64,000 nt of DNA. Origin: Octopus sinensis. Lineage: Eukaryota. Location: assembly GCF_006345805.1 (NCBI RefSeq), contig NC_042997.1, positions 173,290,001-173,354,000 on the forward strand. Direction: 5' to 3'. Below are positions 25,574 through 41,467 of this stretch, in pieces. How positions within the stretch are numbered: position 1 is the first letter of the stretch; each line of letters opens with the position of its first letter. Both the position numbers and the translations under genes were made by a program. The notes beneath the pieces are model-generated. The model saw only the letters and a list, made by a program, of their open reading frames with translations. It had not been told where the DNA came from and ran no database searches.

Positions 25574-27188
25574 CATTATCTAGGTTAATGCCTTGGAGAA
25601 AAACTTTCATGTTATGAGATTGTCTATAACAGATGTAGGTATGGCCGTGTGGTAAAGAAACTCGCTTTGCAACCATAAGTTTCGGGCTGTCTCACTGCGA
25701 GGTACCTTGGGTGAGCTACTTCTAGTATAGCCCCAAGCTGACTAATACCTTTAAGCAAATTTGGTAAGCAGAAACACTGTGGAAGCCCGTCGTACATACA
25801 TACATACATGCATACAGTGAGAGTGGACAAAGGAAAGAAAATGAAACCCAACACATTTGGTAGGAGTTACATCTATTATTTAATAACAATTTGACCCTGT
25901 CCCACGTGGGACTGAAAACAAAGCGAATAATTGATGTCGCGTTCAGATCGATAACAATATATGATGTTGGTTTATCAATAGAGGTCTTACATTTAGAAGC
26001 ATCTTGCATTTGTCTCGTATCTGGGGTCGATTTGATTTGTTCTAAACTAAACTCTTCAAGACGGTGCCCCAGCATGGTCGCAGTCCAGTGACTGAAGCAT
26101 GTAAAAAGGCTGTTTAGAACAGACGACATCGGCCATTGAGTTAGTTCAGTTGATCGAACAACAAACAGGCTGCTCATCATCGATACCAACGGATGATCCA
26201 TCATCATTATCGCAAAACTCTTACGTTCACTATAATAATACCTGAAAGCTAACGCCTCTCATCTCATCTACCTCTTCAACTCCGACAACAGGTGCAGCAG
26301 TTGCAGTAACTGCAACAGAAGCAGCAGCAGCAGCGGCAGCAACAGCGGCAGCTATATCATCCCTTGTGTACTGACCTGCTTCAGCTACTAAATAAGCGCT
26401 ATGTGCACATGTTGAACTGATTTCCCAATCTGCCTGGATTACTGCCTGGCTTGTTAACTTCCTCTTTTCCCTCCTCATCTCTCTTCTATCCCTGTCTGTC
26501 TGCCTCTCTATATTTATCATCATCTATCCATGTATTTATCCTAAGCCATGCTTTCTTTGTTTGTTTTCTCCCTTTTCTCTTTTACTCTAATATTCCCATT
26601 CCACTGTGTGTTTCTCTCTCTATACACATACACCTGCCAGCCTCCCGTTCTTCTCCATCTCGTAAACATTGAATTATTAAGAACCAACAAATTCGTTTAT
26701 AAAACCTAACAACAATAAACAAGAAGCGGAAGGCTAAGCTGATTATCGATTTGCTCAGCTTTGCATTAAATTCGGCTGCCTTGTTTTAGCCTTAATTATA
26801 GAGTGGCATTGGTTTAATTCTCGTCGAAAATTGTCTTACCCCTGGTTTTGATTTGCCTTAAAATTACCTTAATTCTTACTCCGCCTTTGTCTTAATTCTA
26901 CCCGCCCTTGCCTTAATTCTGCCTTATCCAATTTTAGAATAAGAATGAAGCAATGATGTTGCTGAACAATGATATTCTACAACACCACCGCCTCATACCT
27001 ATTCTGAAATCGGTTTAGTTGTGCCCTGCCATTGCTTTTTCCTTAGATTTAACCAGCTTTCCAATCCTGCTTCAGCAATGCCTTAATCCTGTCATGGCAC
27101 TGTCTTTAATTTAGCTCTGTGTGTCTTTGCCTTGGTTCCGCCATATCGTTGCCTTAACCCTACAACATTCAAACTGGCCATATTCAAT

Positions 27189-27419
27189 GGCGGCGAGCTG
27201 GCAGAAACGTTAGCACGCCGGGCGAAATGCGTAGCCGTATTTCGTCTGCCGTTACGTTCTGAGTTCGAATTCCGCCGAGGTCGACTTTGCCTTTCATCCT
27301 TTCGGGGTCGATAAATGAAATACCAGTTACGCACTGGGGTCGATGTAATCGACTTAATCCGTTTGTCTGTACTTGTTTGTCCCCCTCTATGTTTAGCCCC
27401 TTGTGGGCAATAAAGAAAC
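27189..27419 (+). mobile_element. Family M SINE monomer
   Basis: Near-consensus copy; catattc on both flanks. Confidence 0.85.
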
Positions 27420-28292
27420 ACATATTCTACTTGTTTTACACTCAAAATAGCCAAGTCCTGTCTCTCACAACTATACTACAACGCCATCTTAAAACTAAAC
27501 AATCACGTCATCGAAATCTCGAAGCTACGAGATAATGCATGAATAATCCAAAACAGCGTAAGTAAATTTATTGGAGATGATAATCTGAATGCTAAAAGGT
27601 TGTTAAGATTGCTCTGATATTGCTTGTGTTATAATTTTACCTTACCCTAGTTCTGCACTAGTTTTCTCTTAGTTCTTCTTTGTTGTTTCATTAGTTGTTC
27701 GTTAGCATTGCCTTAATTTTGCACCGGAATTGTTTAATTCTTGTTTGGCATTGCCTTCATTATGCTTTGTCTTACCTTAGTTCAGCATTGTCTTACTGCT
27801 GTCCTGCTACTGAGAGACAGATCGCCACCAACACACAAAAGCGACAATTAGAGCTTTCTCAGTACATTATTTTCAGAGGTCGGGAGACGTTATTAATGCA
27901 AACCAAAAAAGGAGAAATAAGGGGATAGAAAAAAAGCCCAAAACAAAACAAATAACTATTAAAATAAATTTAGAATACACTTGTCTACTGTACAATACAA
28001 AAACACACTTAAGATCACACAAACATACACATATGTATCAGTGAGCGGCACATTGGGCAGGCGTTTTCTGTTATATATTCGAGTCGACCACAATCTTCTG
28101 GTTGAAATTCAATGGATGGACGGAAAGTTAGATGTTATACACTGTACCCACTCACGTGGGGAACACTTCTTCCATTGCATGATTTAAAATGATCACCTAA
28201 TTGGCTGTGTGGCTAACATTCGGAAGCAGGTCTTCGGAGCGAAAATTTAGGTTGTTTTACTCAAAATAAATTTACATATACCGACGTACGCT

Positions 28293-28342
<50 letters not shown>

Positions 28343-28597
28343 TATTATCTAGCTGCCTATCTCTCTATATATATCTGCATACATACATCAATCTATCCAT
28401 CCATCTATACATACATACATGCATATATACATCTATCTATCTATATAAATATTAAAATATATGCATGCATATATATACATACGTATATATACATATATAA
28501 CGGGAAGATTTATGAAAATAGACAAAAGACGAAGGCAGGTGGAAAACAAACGAACAATTGTATTAGTATGGCGCTCAGGAAATATAAATAAAACAAG

Positions 28598-28635
28598 TCT
28601 TTAACGTTTCGAGCCTACGCTCTTCAACAGAAAGA
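28598..28635 (-). ncRNA. Minimal hammerhead-like motif with variant core, heading a short repeat (28498-28640)
   Basis: UCUUU-CUGUUGA-A-GAGC-GUAG-GCUC-GAAAC-GUU^AAAGA. Confidence 0.6.
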
Positions 28636-28913
28636 TACACAGAGAGAAAAAAAACACAGAAAGAAGGAGAGAAAAAAAATGCGTGCAGTAGCTAACGAAA
28701 CAACATATGTACACATATATATATATGGATACATATATAGATATATATATAAATATACAGATATATATATATAAATATACAGATATATATGTGCATATAG
28801 TATGCATTTCATGTAACATACACTTTGATATATGTATATCCTTCCTTTCTCTATCTCTCTCTATATGTGATGTATATTTTTCTTTTTGTAATATATAATG
28901 TACATCACACACA

Positions 28914-28970
<57 letters not shown>

Positions 28971-29145
28971 GTATATATATAGGTTAGTTGAGTTAGAGGT
29001 TAAATAACCGTCTAAGGGATAAAAGTATCCATTATACTACCGGTGTATTATATATGTTTAACTATGTTATACATATGCAAATAAATTATGGTCATAAATT
29101 ATAGGAAAAGGAAACGATGAACGTGGGTTTATCTGTTTCTTTATG

Positions 29146-29176
<31 letters not shown>

Positions 29177-29213
29177 GGTGAGATACACATGTATACATAA
29201 TGTGATATACATG

Positions 29214-29285
<72 letters not shown>

Positions 29286-29445
29286 CATATGTATGTGTGT
29301 ATGTGTGTATGTATGCGTAATAAAACGTTGCACAAAAAGATGACAAAGGAACACATGGAACACAATGTTTATATAAAATGACCTATATATAATATATATT
29401 TAGCTTATCTATCTATCTGTCTATTCATCTATCTATCTATCTATC

Positions 29446-29487
<42 letters not shown>

Positions 29488-30073
29488 CATCCATCTCTCT
29501 CTCTCTCTCTATCTATTTAACTTAATGGTATATTTATTTATATATATATATATATTATGTCCCACTGTATGGCAACAATATGATATATAATATTCATATA
29601 CACATATATATCATATATAACATAGTACACATTTATATATATAATATTTAATTTGTAATATACATCTTTGTATATTAGATCTTCCCCTTCCCTTCCCCCG
29701 CTTCACTTTATATATTATATACATTTTATTCAATACATTATACACACACACGCGCACACAATATACGCAAGAGTTTGTTGGCAGATCGTTCTTTGATTTC
29801 TTTCTATAATCTATTTTATGCTGAGAGAGCTAGAAATACACGCATAGTTCGGGAGTTACTGGTATTGCTGGTAAGAATTAAAATGTCAGAGATTGACAGC
29901 TTGTATAACAGTAGCAATCTGTCTAATTTTATACATCCGTTGCATCGTCATTGATATGGTCGTCATAAACGGTTCTTCTGTCCAGTAACCTTTACTTTAT
30001 TTTTTAAGATGATGTTTATTAGTTACATACAGTTAAGCAAATTAATTTAGCTTCTGAATTGGTTGCATTTATA

Positions 30074-30480
30074 GGCGCCGAGCTGGCAGAATCGTTAACA
30101 AACCAGGCGAAATGCTTAGCGGTATTTCGTCTGCCGTTACGTTCTGAGTTCAAATTCAACTTTGCCTTTCATCCTTTTGGGGTCGATAAATTAAGTACCA
30201 GTTACGCACTGGGGTCGATATAATCGACTTAATCCGTTTGTCTGTCCTTGTTTGTCCTCTCGGTGTTTAGCACCTTGTGGGTAGTAAAGAAATAGGTATT
30301 TCGGTTTATGTTACGTTCTGAGTTCAAATTCCGCCGAGGTCGACTTTGCCTTTCATCCCTTCGGGGTCGATTAAATAAGTACCAGTTAGGCATTGGGGTC
30401 GATATTATCGACTTAATAGCTTTGTCTGTCCTTGTTTGTCCCCTCTATGTCCAGCCTCCTGTGGGCAATAAAGAAATAAT
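30074..30480 (+). mobile_element. Family M SINE dimer
   Basis: Same junction as the other multimers. Confidence 0.85.
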
Positions 30481-30509
30481 TCATAATGCTGAAACAATTG
30501 TGGTCTGCT

Positions 30510-30880
30510 GGCACTTCGTCGGTTGCGACGACGAGGGTTCCAGTTCAACGGAACAACCTGCTCGTGAAATTAATGTGCAAGTGGCTGAGCACTTCACAGA
30601 CACGTGTACCCTTAACGTAGTTCTCGGGGAGATTCAGTGTGACACAAAGTGTGACAAGGCTGGCCCTTTGAAATACAGGTACAACAGAAACAGAAAGAAA
30701 GAGTGAGAGAAAGTCATGGTGAAAGAGTACAGTAAGGTTCGTCACCTCCTCCTGCCGGAACCTCGTAGAGCTTTAGGTGTTTTCTCTCAATAAACACTCG
30801 TAACGTCCGGCCTGGGAATCGAAACTGCGATCCTACAACCGCGAGTCTGCTTCCCTAACCACTGGGCCATTGCGCTTCCA
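30510..30880 (-). mobile_element. Family B SINE
   Basis: Match to 3884-4274. Confidence 0.8.
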
Positions 30881-31378
30881 CGAAACAATTGTACACTTGC
30901 GAGGCATATACTTAATAAAAGAAAAGAGCAAGCTCGTTTGCTATGCTGTGTTGCATGAACACGACAATTAAAACGCATCATAGACCTTTATTATGCACAA
31001 ACACACACGCACATCTAAAACAAAAGTACGGATAGAAAAAGTCACATCTTTAATCGTTGAATTCACTATGCAATTCCGTTGTCTAATATTCTGAATTTCT
31101 TGAAAATTCTTTTAAATCAGGAGTGGGAAAACACATTCTATTGCGCCCGCAGGCCGATGTACTCGTATGTACAAAATATAATAAATTTCTCAATTATGAA
31201 ATTTATACAATATTCATATGCCTATTTGCAAGATGGAGGCGCAATGACCCAGTGGTTAGGGCAGCGAACTTGCGGTCGTAGGGTTGCAGTTTCGATTCAC
31301 ATACATACATACATACATACACACATACATACACACATACACACATACATACACACATACATACACACATACATACAC

Positions 31379-31411
<33 letters not shown>

Positions 31412-31986
31412 ATATATATATACATATATATTTATATATATATAATATAAATTGGTCATGGGCGAGCGTTGTATTCTTTCTTGTCTTGAGATTCAGAGCC
31501 AAACGGCTGGGTGGATCCGCGTGAAAAATGGCCACACATGCGGAGACTAATGCATAGATTGGAATGCAGTTTGTATTTTGTTCCTAGCCTCCATAGCTAC
31601 CGAGAAAATCAATTAAAACTTTTTCTAATGGAATTCCCCTGTTTGTTCCGCCATTAAAACAACCAGTTGCTCACGCAGCCGACATATACGGTTTCGCTAG
31701 CAACAAGGGGAGTACAGGATGACAGTCAACCAAAACTTTCGCTCTCTTCTTTCACCTCTTTGTGGGGTTAATAATCTTAATCTTTAGTTACAGTTTCTCA
31801 TACGTAATTGACAGAATTATCGGATTAAGACAGTAGGGTGTTTTGAGGGAGATTTGGCTGCTATTTCTACCAGGTCTAGCTACCATGTACAGGTCTGAAC
31901 TTAATTTTCATTCACATATGCCTAACCGAAAACGATCACAGCCACATCATCCAAACAGACCGGGTGCAACCGGGCTTAGCTGTTAG

Positions 31987-32017
<31 letters not shown>

Positions 32018-32529
32018 TATATAATATATATATATATAATATATATATATACATGCACAACTCTATGCATGTATCTATCTGTCTGCCTGCCTGCCTGTCT
32101 ATCTGTCTTTCTCTCTATCTCTCTTTTCTGTTTAATGTTAGACCAGTCAACTGATTGTAAGTATAATTAAAACAGTAAGCTAACAACAGGCTACGAGCAA
32201 CAAACAACAGAGATACCCAACAACCAACACCACCACGACCACCACCAATCAACCGAACAACAAACCGATAAACCACCACCACCAAAAACAACAACACCAA
32301 AAGCTACTACTACTACTACTACTACTACTCCTCAGTGATAACCACCGACCAACCAGCAACCACCAGCATCAACCAACAATGAACAACAGCCAAGTAAAAC
32401 GTCATAATTCTTCAGCAGCCGCCAAAAACAACGGCTGTGTTGATTTATGATATTTTCATTGCAAACACAAAACTCACAGATAGAAGAAAAGAAAATATGA
32501 CAGATGAATATGAAAATAAACAACTCCAT

Positions 32530-33200
32530 AGAAGAAGGAGAAGGAGGAAGAAGAAGAAGAAGAAGAAGAAGAAGAAGAAGAAGAAGAAGAAGAAGAAGAA
32601 GAAGAAGAAGAAGAAGAAGAAGAAGAAGAAGAAGAAGAAGAAGAAGGAAGAGAAGAGAAAGGAGACGAAATAGTAATAGTAGAAGAAAAAGAAGAAAGGT
32701 AAAAGAAGGAGGAAGAGAAGAAGAAGAAGAAGAAGAAGAAGCAGAAGAAGGAAGAGAAGAAAAAGGAGGAGAAATAGTAATAGTAGAAGAAAAGTAAAAG
32801 AAGAAGGAGGAGGAAGAAAAGAAGAAGAAGGAGGAGGAAGAAAAGAAGAAGAAGAAAAAGTAAAAGTAGTAGTAGTAGTAGTAGTAGTAGTAATAGTAGT
32901 TGTAGTAGTAGTAGAAGAAGAAGAAGAAGAAGAAGAAGAAGAAGAAGAAGAAGAAGAAGAAGAAGAAAAAGAAAAAGAAAAGGAAAAGGAAGTGAAATAA
33001 ATAAAAGTAGTAGTAGTAGTAGTAAAAGTAGTAAAAAAAGAAGAAATAGGAGAAGAAGAAGAAGAAGAAGAAAAAGAAGAAGAAGAAGAAGAAAAAAAAG
33101 AAGGAGAGGAAGAAGGACAGCAACAACAGGAACGACAATAACATAGGTACTAATAATAACTACATCATGATTATGAATAAAAATATATACACATATTTTC

Positions 33201-33242
<42 letters not shown>

Positions 33243-33350
33243 CTAGGGGGAAAGAAAAGGGGTGAGAAAGAGAGAGTGTGAGAGAGAGAGTGTGAGAGAG
33301 AGAGTGAGAGAGAGAGAGTGTGAGAAAGTGTGTGGGTGGTGGTGGGGGGA
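32530..33350. repeat. Purine-rich compound microsatellite (GAA)n/(TAG)n/(GA)n
   Basis: Direct reading. Confidence 0.95.
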
Positions 33351-33625
33351 AGAAATAAAGGGGTGAGGGAGAGAGGAGGTGGAGGGGGATGATGTAGATT
33401 CCTGTATGTTACGTTTAAATATGTGTGGAGTAATGCATTTAAATAAACAGACAACATAGTCCATATTAGCTTGTTTTGTGTGTGTGTGTTTGAATACGTG
33501 TGCGTGTTTGTGTAAAGTATAGAAGCCGCATATTGTGATCACTTTGGGACAGCCCCTTTTAGAAAACAACTATTTGATAACAGTATCTTTATCTGATTAT
33601 AAGAAATTTCCACTGTGCACACACA

Positions 33626-33688
<63 letters not shown>

Positions 33689-33798
33689 ATATATATACAA
33701 ATACATATATGGAAAATATAAATGAACTTACGTTAAGGACGTAGAGCGAAGATTTTTTTCTTCCCTTCTTTCTCGACTTCATCTCGTTGCGTCGTTAC

Positions 33799-33898
<100 letters not shown>

Positions 33899-34276
33899 GT
33901 GTGCGTGTGTGTGTGTTCAATAAATGTGTTTAATTAAGAGATAATCTTTTTTCATATCACACAGCTTTGTATTATTTAATTTATGCCTCTGAATACAAAC
34001 TATTTTTCAAGCTGACTTTTCACTTCTCGTCTCGCGCCGTTCAAATATTGTTGAATCGGTCATTTTATTTTTCTCCTTTCGTTAGCACATTTCATTCAGC
34101 CTGATATGATTTATGCTAAGATAGATCTATTTACTTACATTTACATTCATACTCAAGTGCTTATGTGACGCTCAAGAAATATATGTACACACACTCATAA
34201 ACGCGTATAAACTAATACACTCGACCCGACGAAGCCGGTAACATGCTGGTCTTCAGTTCGATAGATAAAATATCGG

Positions 34277-34912
<636 letters not shown>

Positions 34913-34974
34913 TTATTATTATTATTATTTTATTATTATCATTATTATTATTATTATTATTATTGTTATTATTA

Positions 34975-35527
34975 TTGAGCGAGAGAGCAGTGCATGCCAT
35001 CAAAGTGATACTGGCGTACAAATATACGAAGTCCAGTATACCCATCATAACTGTCGGTCTGATAAGGATACACAAGTTACATGCACCACAACCATACGTG
35101 CGCGACATGGTGATCTCATATCAAGATAAATATCACATGACCTTGCTGGCGGAGTCCAGTTAGAATTTTCTTGAAGTCGAGTGGCCCATCCCACTCAAAA
35201 GGTCTCTGCATAAGGCTTGTTTAAGGATGTTGAACGAAACACCAATGTGGTGAATTATTCAAGTCCCAAAGAATTCCCCTCAACACATAGCTATGATGCT
35301 CTCCCACTACATCTGCTCGTGATCAGAGAGGTATATATTGTCATCCACTAAGGGACATGCTCAACTGATTAAGGTCAAACAATTGACTAGCATATCTGTA
35401 ATATTGAGCAGAATATTTGCTGTAGCCCATCTTTTATATCAAGACAAATCATATACATAATAACACTGCCAATCAGTTAAGATCAGAAGCTATGAGAGGC
35501 AGTGCTTGGTATTGTATCAGGGCATTT
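34975..35527 (-). mobile_element. ~550-bp non-coding element (family T) embedded in (TAA)n
   Basis: Homologous to 49888-50408 and 50573-51060; trinucleotide repeats on both flanks. Confidence 0.8.
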
Positions 35528-35529
35528 AT

Positions 35530-35558
35530 TATTATTACTATTATTATTATTATTATAC

Positions 35559-35592
<34 letters not shown>

Positions 35593-35935
35593 TATTATTA
35601 TTATTATTATTGTTGTTGTTGTTGTTGTTCTTCTTCTTCTCCTCCTCTTCTTCTTATTCTTCTTCTTATTCTTATTCTTCTTCTTCTTATTCTTCTTATT
35701 GTTGTTGTTGTTGTTGTTCTTCTTCTTCTTCTTATTATTATTGTTCTTGTTCTTGTTCTTGTTCTTGTTCTTGTTCTTGTTCTTGTTCTTCTTCTTCTTC
35801 TTCTTATTGTTCTTCTTCTCTTCTTCTTCTTTTCTTTTCTTCTTCTTCTTCTTCTTCTTTCTCTCTTCTTCTTATTTTATTCTTATTATATTATTATTAT
35901 TATTATATTATTATTTTATTATTTTATTTTATTAT
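35530..35935. repeat. Compound (TAT)/(TGT)/(TCT) microsatellite
   Basis: Direct reading. Confidence 0.95.
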
Positions 35936-36860
35936 TCTCGTATACACAACAGATTAGAGTGTTGCAAAAGGAAAAAATTCTAATATTGGGCTGCAGCAAG
36001 TAACCTTAAATGTCAAGGATCCTCTTATGTATCCTAATTGTCCCTCTGGCTTTCTAAACTGGGTTGTATGCCTATTTTCTCTCTCCATCTGTTCAGATCT
36101 TTAGGGATAGTTCTCAATGCACCTATAACTACTGAGATACGTTTCACACGCGCTTTCCATAGTCTCTGTAATTCAATGGCTAGGTCTTGGTACTTTGCTA
36201 TTTATTCTATACCTCTCATATTGATTTTTTTCATCATTTGGGACTGTAAAGTCAATTATCTGACACTTTTTATTCCCTCTATGTACTATGACTAAATCAG
36301 GCCTTCTAGCTTCTATTACTCTGTCAGCCTGAATATTAAAGTCCCACAACATCTTGTATTTCTTACTTTCTAGTATTCTCATACCATTTATCAATATGTC
36401 CAAATCCTAGCTTTCTACATAATTCCCAGTGGATTACTCTCCCTAGGTTGTCATGTCTTTTCTTGTATTCTTTCTGTGCCAGCATGCTACATTCACTTAC
36501 TATATGAGTACCGCTTTGCTCTTTAGATTTGCATATCCTACATTGGGAATCTACTTGGTTCTTTCCTATGTTGGCTGTTGTCCAATTAGTCCTTAATGCT
36601 TGATCTTATGCAGCTACTAACAACGTTTCTGTCTCCCTTTTCAGCTTTCCTTTCTGCAACTATAACCATGTATCACAACTACTATTTGCTGCAACTATGT
36701 TTGAGAATATACCATGCAATGCCTTCTCTTGCTAGTCAGATAATTTCTGTTCTTTTTTCTGGTTTTTAAGTTCATTTGGGTTTTTGTTTTCCCTATGTCT
36801 TGCTGTGACTCTAGCAACTTTTAATAAACTTTCTTCACTATTACCTACATAGGAGTCTAT
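35930..36860 (-). mobile_element. R4/Dong-like RLE LINE, 3' part (CCHC knuckle plus endonuclease), decayed
   Basis: CRIC...HIVSEC...YKKRHD...HWELC...LWDFNIQADRVIEARRPDLVIV...IIDF...KYQDLAIELQRLW...VVIGAL; ends in (TAA)n. Confidence 0.9.
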
Positions 36861-36893
36861 CATCATCATCATCATCATCGTCGACGTCGTCGG

Positions 36894-36925
<32 letters not shown>

Positions 36926-37011
36926 CTTTACTTCTCAGGGCTTTTAGTCCTACTTGCTCTAGTTGATTCTGTAAGAGCGGACAACATATGTCCTCAAATA
37001 CCTAACGCACC

Positions 37012-37987
<976 letters not shown>

Positions 37988-38153
37988 TATGTATATATAT
38001 ATATATAGTGTATGAATATATATATATTTATATATTCGAAAGGTAGATAGGCTATATTGACAACGACCCATCTACGTGTGTATGTAGACAGGTTTTAAAA
38101 TAGATGCATGTGCATGTGCTTGGATATGTGCCTATGTGTGAATGCATACACAC

Positions 38154-38205
<52 letters not shown>

Positions 38206-38732
38206 CGTATGTATGTATGTATGTGTGTATGTATCCACACGTATATAAATACTCACGCACATAATCAAAATGGGAGTGATGAGAAAAAAAGTGCGCGAGA
38301 TTAATGGACATGTGTTAGCGGGGGGATGAGTGTGCGTTAGTGTGTTACTATTTTTAGAACGGAACCTTCATGTCCCTTCCGAGATAACTGCCAGTTTGCT
38401 AACCCTTCAAATATTGATCCATAATTTTTTCTGACAGCAATCTACTGTATTCAGTTACACCTTTGCACTCATTCTTTCTTTGCACTTTCTTCCTCAGTTT
38501 TTTCTTTCTTTCTTTCTTTTTTTCTTTCTTTCGTTTTTTTTTTTTCCTGTTATTCTTCCAGTATCTCCTCCCTGGATTTGTTTCATTCATTTTATTCCGT
38601 CTTTGCTTAATTTTCTTTCTCGTTTCCAGCCTGTATGTATGTATGTATGTATGTATGTATGTATGTATGTATGATGTATGTATGTATTTTTGTATGTATG
38701 TATATACGCTTGTATGTTTGTATGCGTGTATG

Positions 38733-38830
<98 letters not shown>

Positions 38831-39028
38831 TATATGTATGTATACATGTATATATGTACATATGTATATATGTATATTTGCATGCATGCATATATCTATG
38901 CATCCGTGAATGCATGTATATATGTATGCATGAATGTATATGTACATGTATATACATATGTATGCGTGCATGTATGTATATTCGTATGTGTATATGCATA
39001 AATATATGTACACAAATATGCATATATA

Positions 39029-39071
<43 letters not shown>

Positions 39072-39179
39072 AATATATATACACATAAATATATATATAC
39101 ATAAATATATATATATATATACAGCAATATACATGCATAAATACTTATATGTATCTAAGTATTTATGTGTGTATATTAT

Positions 39180-39387
39180 TTTATTCTTTTATTTGATTCA
39201 GTCATTTGACTGCGGCCATGCTGGAGCACCGCCTTTATTCGAAGAAATGTACCCCAGGACTTATTCTTTGTAAGCCTACTACTTAATTGCCAAACCGCTA
39301 GGTTACGGTGACGCAAACATACCAACATGGGCTGTTAAGTGATGGTGGGGACAAAGACAGACACACAGACACACACACACTCACACA

Positions 39388-39424
<37 letters not shown>

Positions 39425-39580
39425 ATATATATATATATATATATATACGAGGGGTTTTCAGTTTCCGTCAACTAAATCCCTTTACAAGGCTTTGTTCGGC
39501 CGAGGCTATAGTAGAAGACATTTGCCGGATTTGCCACGCAGTGGGACTGAACCTGGAACCATGTGGTTGGGAAGCAGGCT
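39180..39580 (-). mobile_element. Family A SINE
   Basis: Reverse-complement match. Confidence 0.8.
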
Positions 39581-40084
39581 TCTTTATTTCATGATATTGG
39601 CTATGAATGCCGTACATAGAGGAGACAGCACAAGGTCGGACCAAATATAACAAAACGAATGGAAAAGATGAATTAAATATAATGAAAGATGAAAAGAAGC
39701 CATTCGACCCCACCTCAGGGCGATTTCATTGAACCTGTTAATACATTTTTTTGAAACCCATTTTATAACATTGTTTTTACTATCATAATCATCAACATCA
39801 TGAAGGATACCATCACCACCACCACCACTACCACCACTCTGCCATGCTACGTTAAACTCACAAAACTCGATGTTTCGATTTTCTGATTGTCCGTTTAGTA
39901 TCTCGATTCGCTGATATATCCTTCATATACCCGAGCAAATGAAAGATTCTCAACGTATTCATTTCTCATGCGAGAAATCGCATTCTGTTGCGTTAATGAA
40001 GACAAAAATTGTGGAAGTAATGATACGTTAGATTATGCAGATAAGAAAAGAAATGGTGCACCAATTAACTATTAGAAGTTGATC

Positions 40085-41445
40085 ATTGGTATTAAAAGGT
40101 CAAAGCTTAATTGTAGTTCATGAACAATTACAGCTGTTTCAGTTTGTTATTTCGAAGTAAATTTGCATTTGTATTTATCTCGTTCCATTTAACAAACATC
40201 GTCAGAATGATTTAGAGTTTATCGGAGGAATATAGATAGGAGAAAAGGGGGAATGAAAAGAAAAAGGAAAAAGTTCGTTAAGCCTTCAGGCTGCCCTTTT
40301 TGGGTTCAACTTGTATGCACGTTTCTTCAATTAGATGAATGAATCAATAAGTGGGGAAAATGACTAGTTGACCAGCGGTGTTAGTCGAAGGAATTATACC
40401 TGGTGGTAATATCCAGTGTTGTTAATTGTAATATAACGCTGTTTGTGACTGTTAGATAAGTCCCTATGATTACAAATAATGTTCTTGTTAAAAACTAAGG
40501 ATGCTTTTAAAAAGTTAGTGTGATATAATGTATAAATTTGGGTTACGTAAAAGGTATAATAATAAACATGAATAAAAAACATGTTGTTATGTGTGGCACG
40601 GGTTATCTACTCGTTAATATAATTTAAAACCAATACAGTTAGCTAGGATAAGCTAAATCGCTCGTTTAATCGTGTTTATGTTAGTTGCCGTCCTATCGAT
40701 TGGTATGTTAGTCAGCAATCTAACTTTAAAGTGAATATATTATAGAGAATTACATGTCCTGGTGTACATCGTAGATTTAAGATAGATAATTCAGGTAATT
40801 ATTCAGGTAAAATTCAGGTAAAATCGGGGTAATTTAATTTAATTTAATTGTGATGTGATGTTAAATTATGCTCTGTGATAAGGGTTAGGGTTAGAGGAAG
40901 TAATCAGATATTAGGCAGGTCAGCTAATAAACCTGTAATGTAGGTATTAGCGGTATTTAGAGAATAAGAATTTATCATTATGTAAACATGTTGTATTTTC
41001 TCGTATCGTTTATTAAGTAATTCTGATTTGGCCATTAAAATGAAGAATTTCTCACTTATGCATAAATTACAGCGATTATTTTTAAGGTTATATGAAGATG
41101 TTTGGCTAGGAGACACCATTCTAATCTATAATTAATGTTATTGTATTTCAGTTTCCAGATGTAACTATTTAATCCGATAGAGTTAGCCTTACTTCTGTTT
41201 CTGAAACTTGAGAGATGGGAATTCTATCCAAGTTTAATTTCATTTTTAGTTGCTCCTATATAAGTTTTTTTGTAATTATTGGAGAATACATCACATTGGC
41301 AGATTACATTTTTAGTTTTATATTTATTCGAGAATTCACAAGTATTCTTATCTCTGCAACCACATAGATTAGTAAGATTATCTGTATGATATGGTGGGGG
41401 AGATTATCATTTATAAGGTGGTTGTCCGAATTTTTAGAGGGTGAG
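40085..41445 (-). mobile_element. Penelope-like element 3' part: GIY-YIG endonuclease relic, 3' UTR and hammerhead
   Basis: CGCRDKNTC...VICQCDV...KTYIGAT...SHLSSFRN...YIWKLK...CNLCISEKFFI...LLNKR with frameshifts. Confidence 0.8.
40123..40210 (-). ncRNA. Type-I hammerhead motif, weak stem I
   Basis: CUGACGA-U-GUUUGUUA...UAACAAAC-U-GAAA-CAGCUG-UA^; palindromic stem III ACAGCUGU. Confidence 0.6.
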
Positions 41446-41467
41446 TTATTGGGGGATGGAATGAAAA

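Noticed and set aside
31955-31990. Helitron-like 3' ends (also ~23040 minus and ~40600)
   Set aside because: Degenerate hairpin or CTAG and no definable 5' end
40878-40898. Telomeric repeat
   Set aside because: Only about two TTAGGG units
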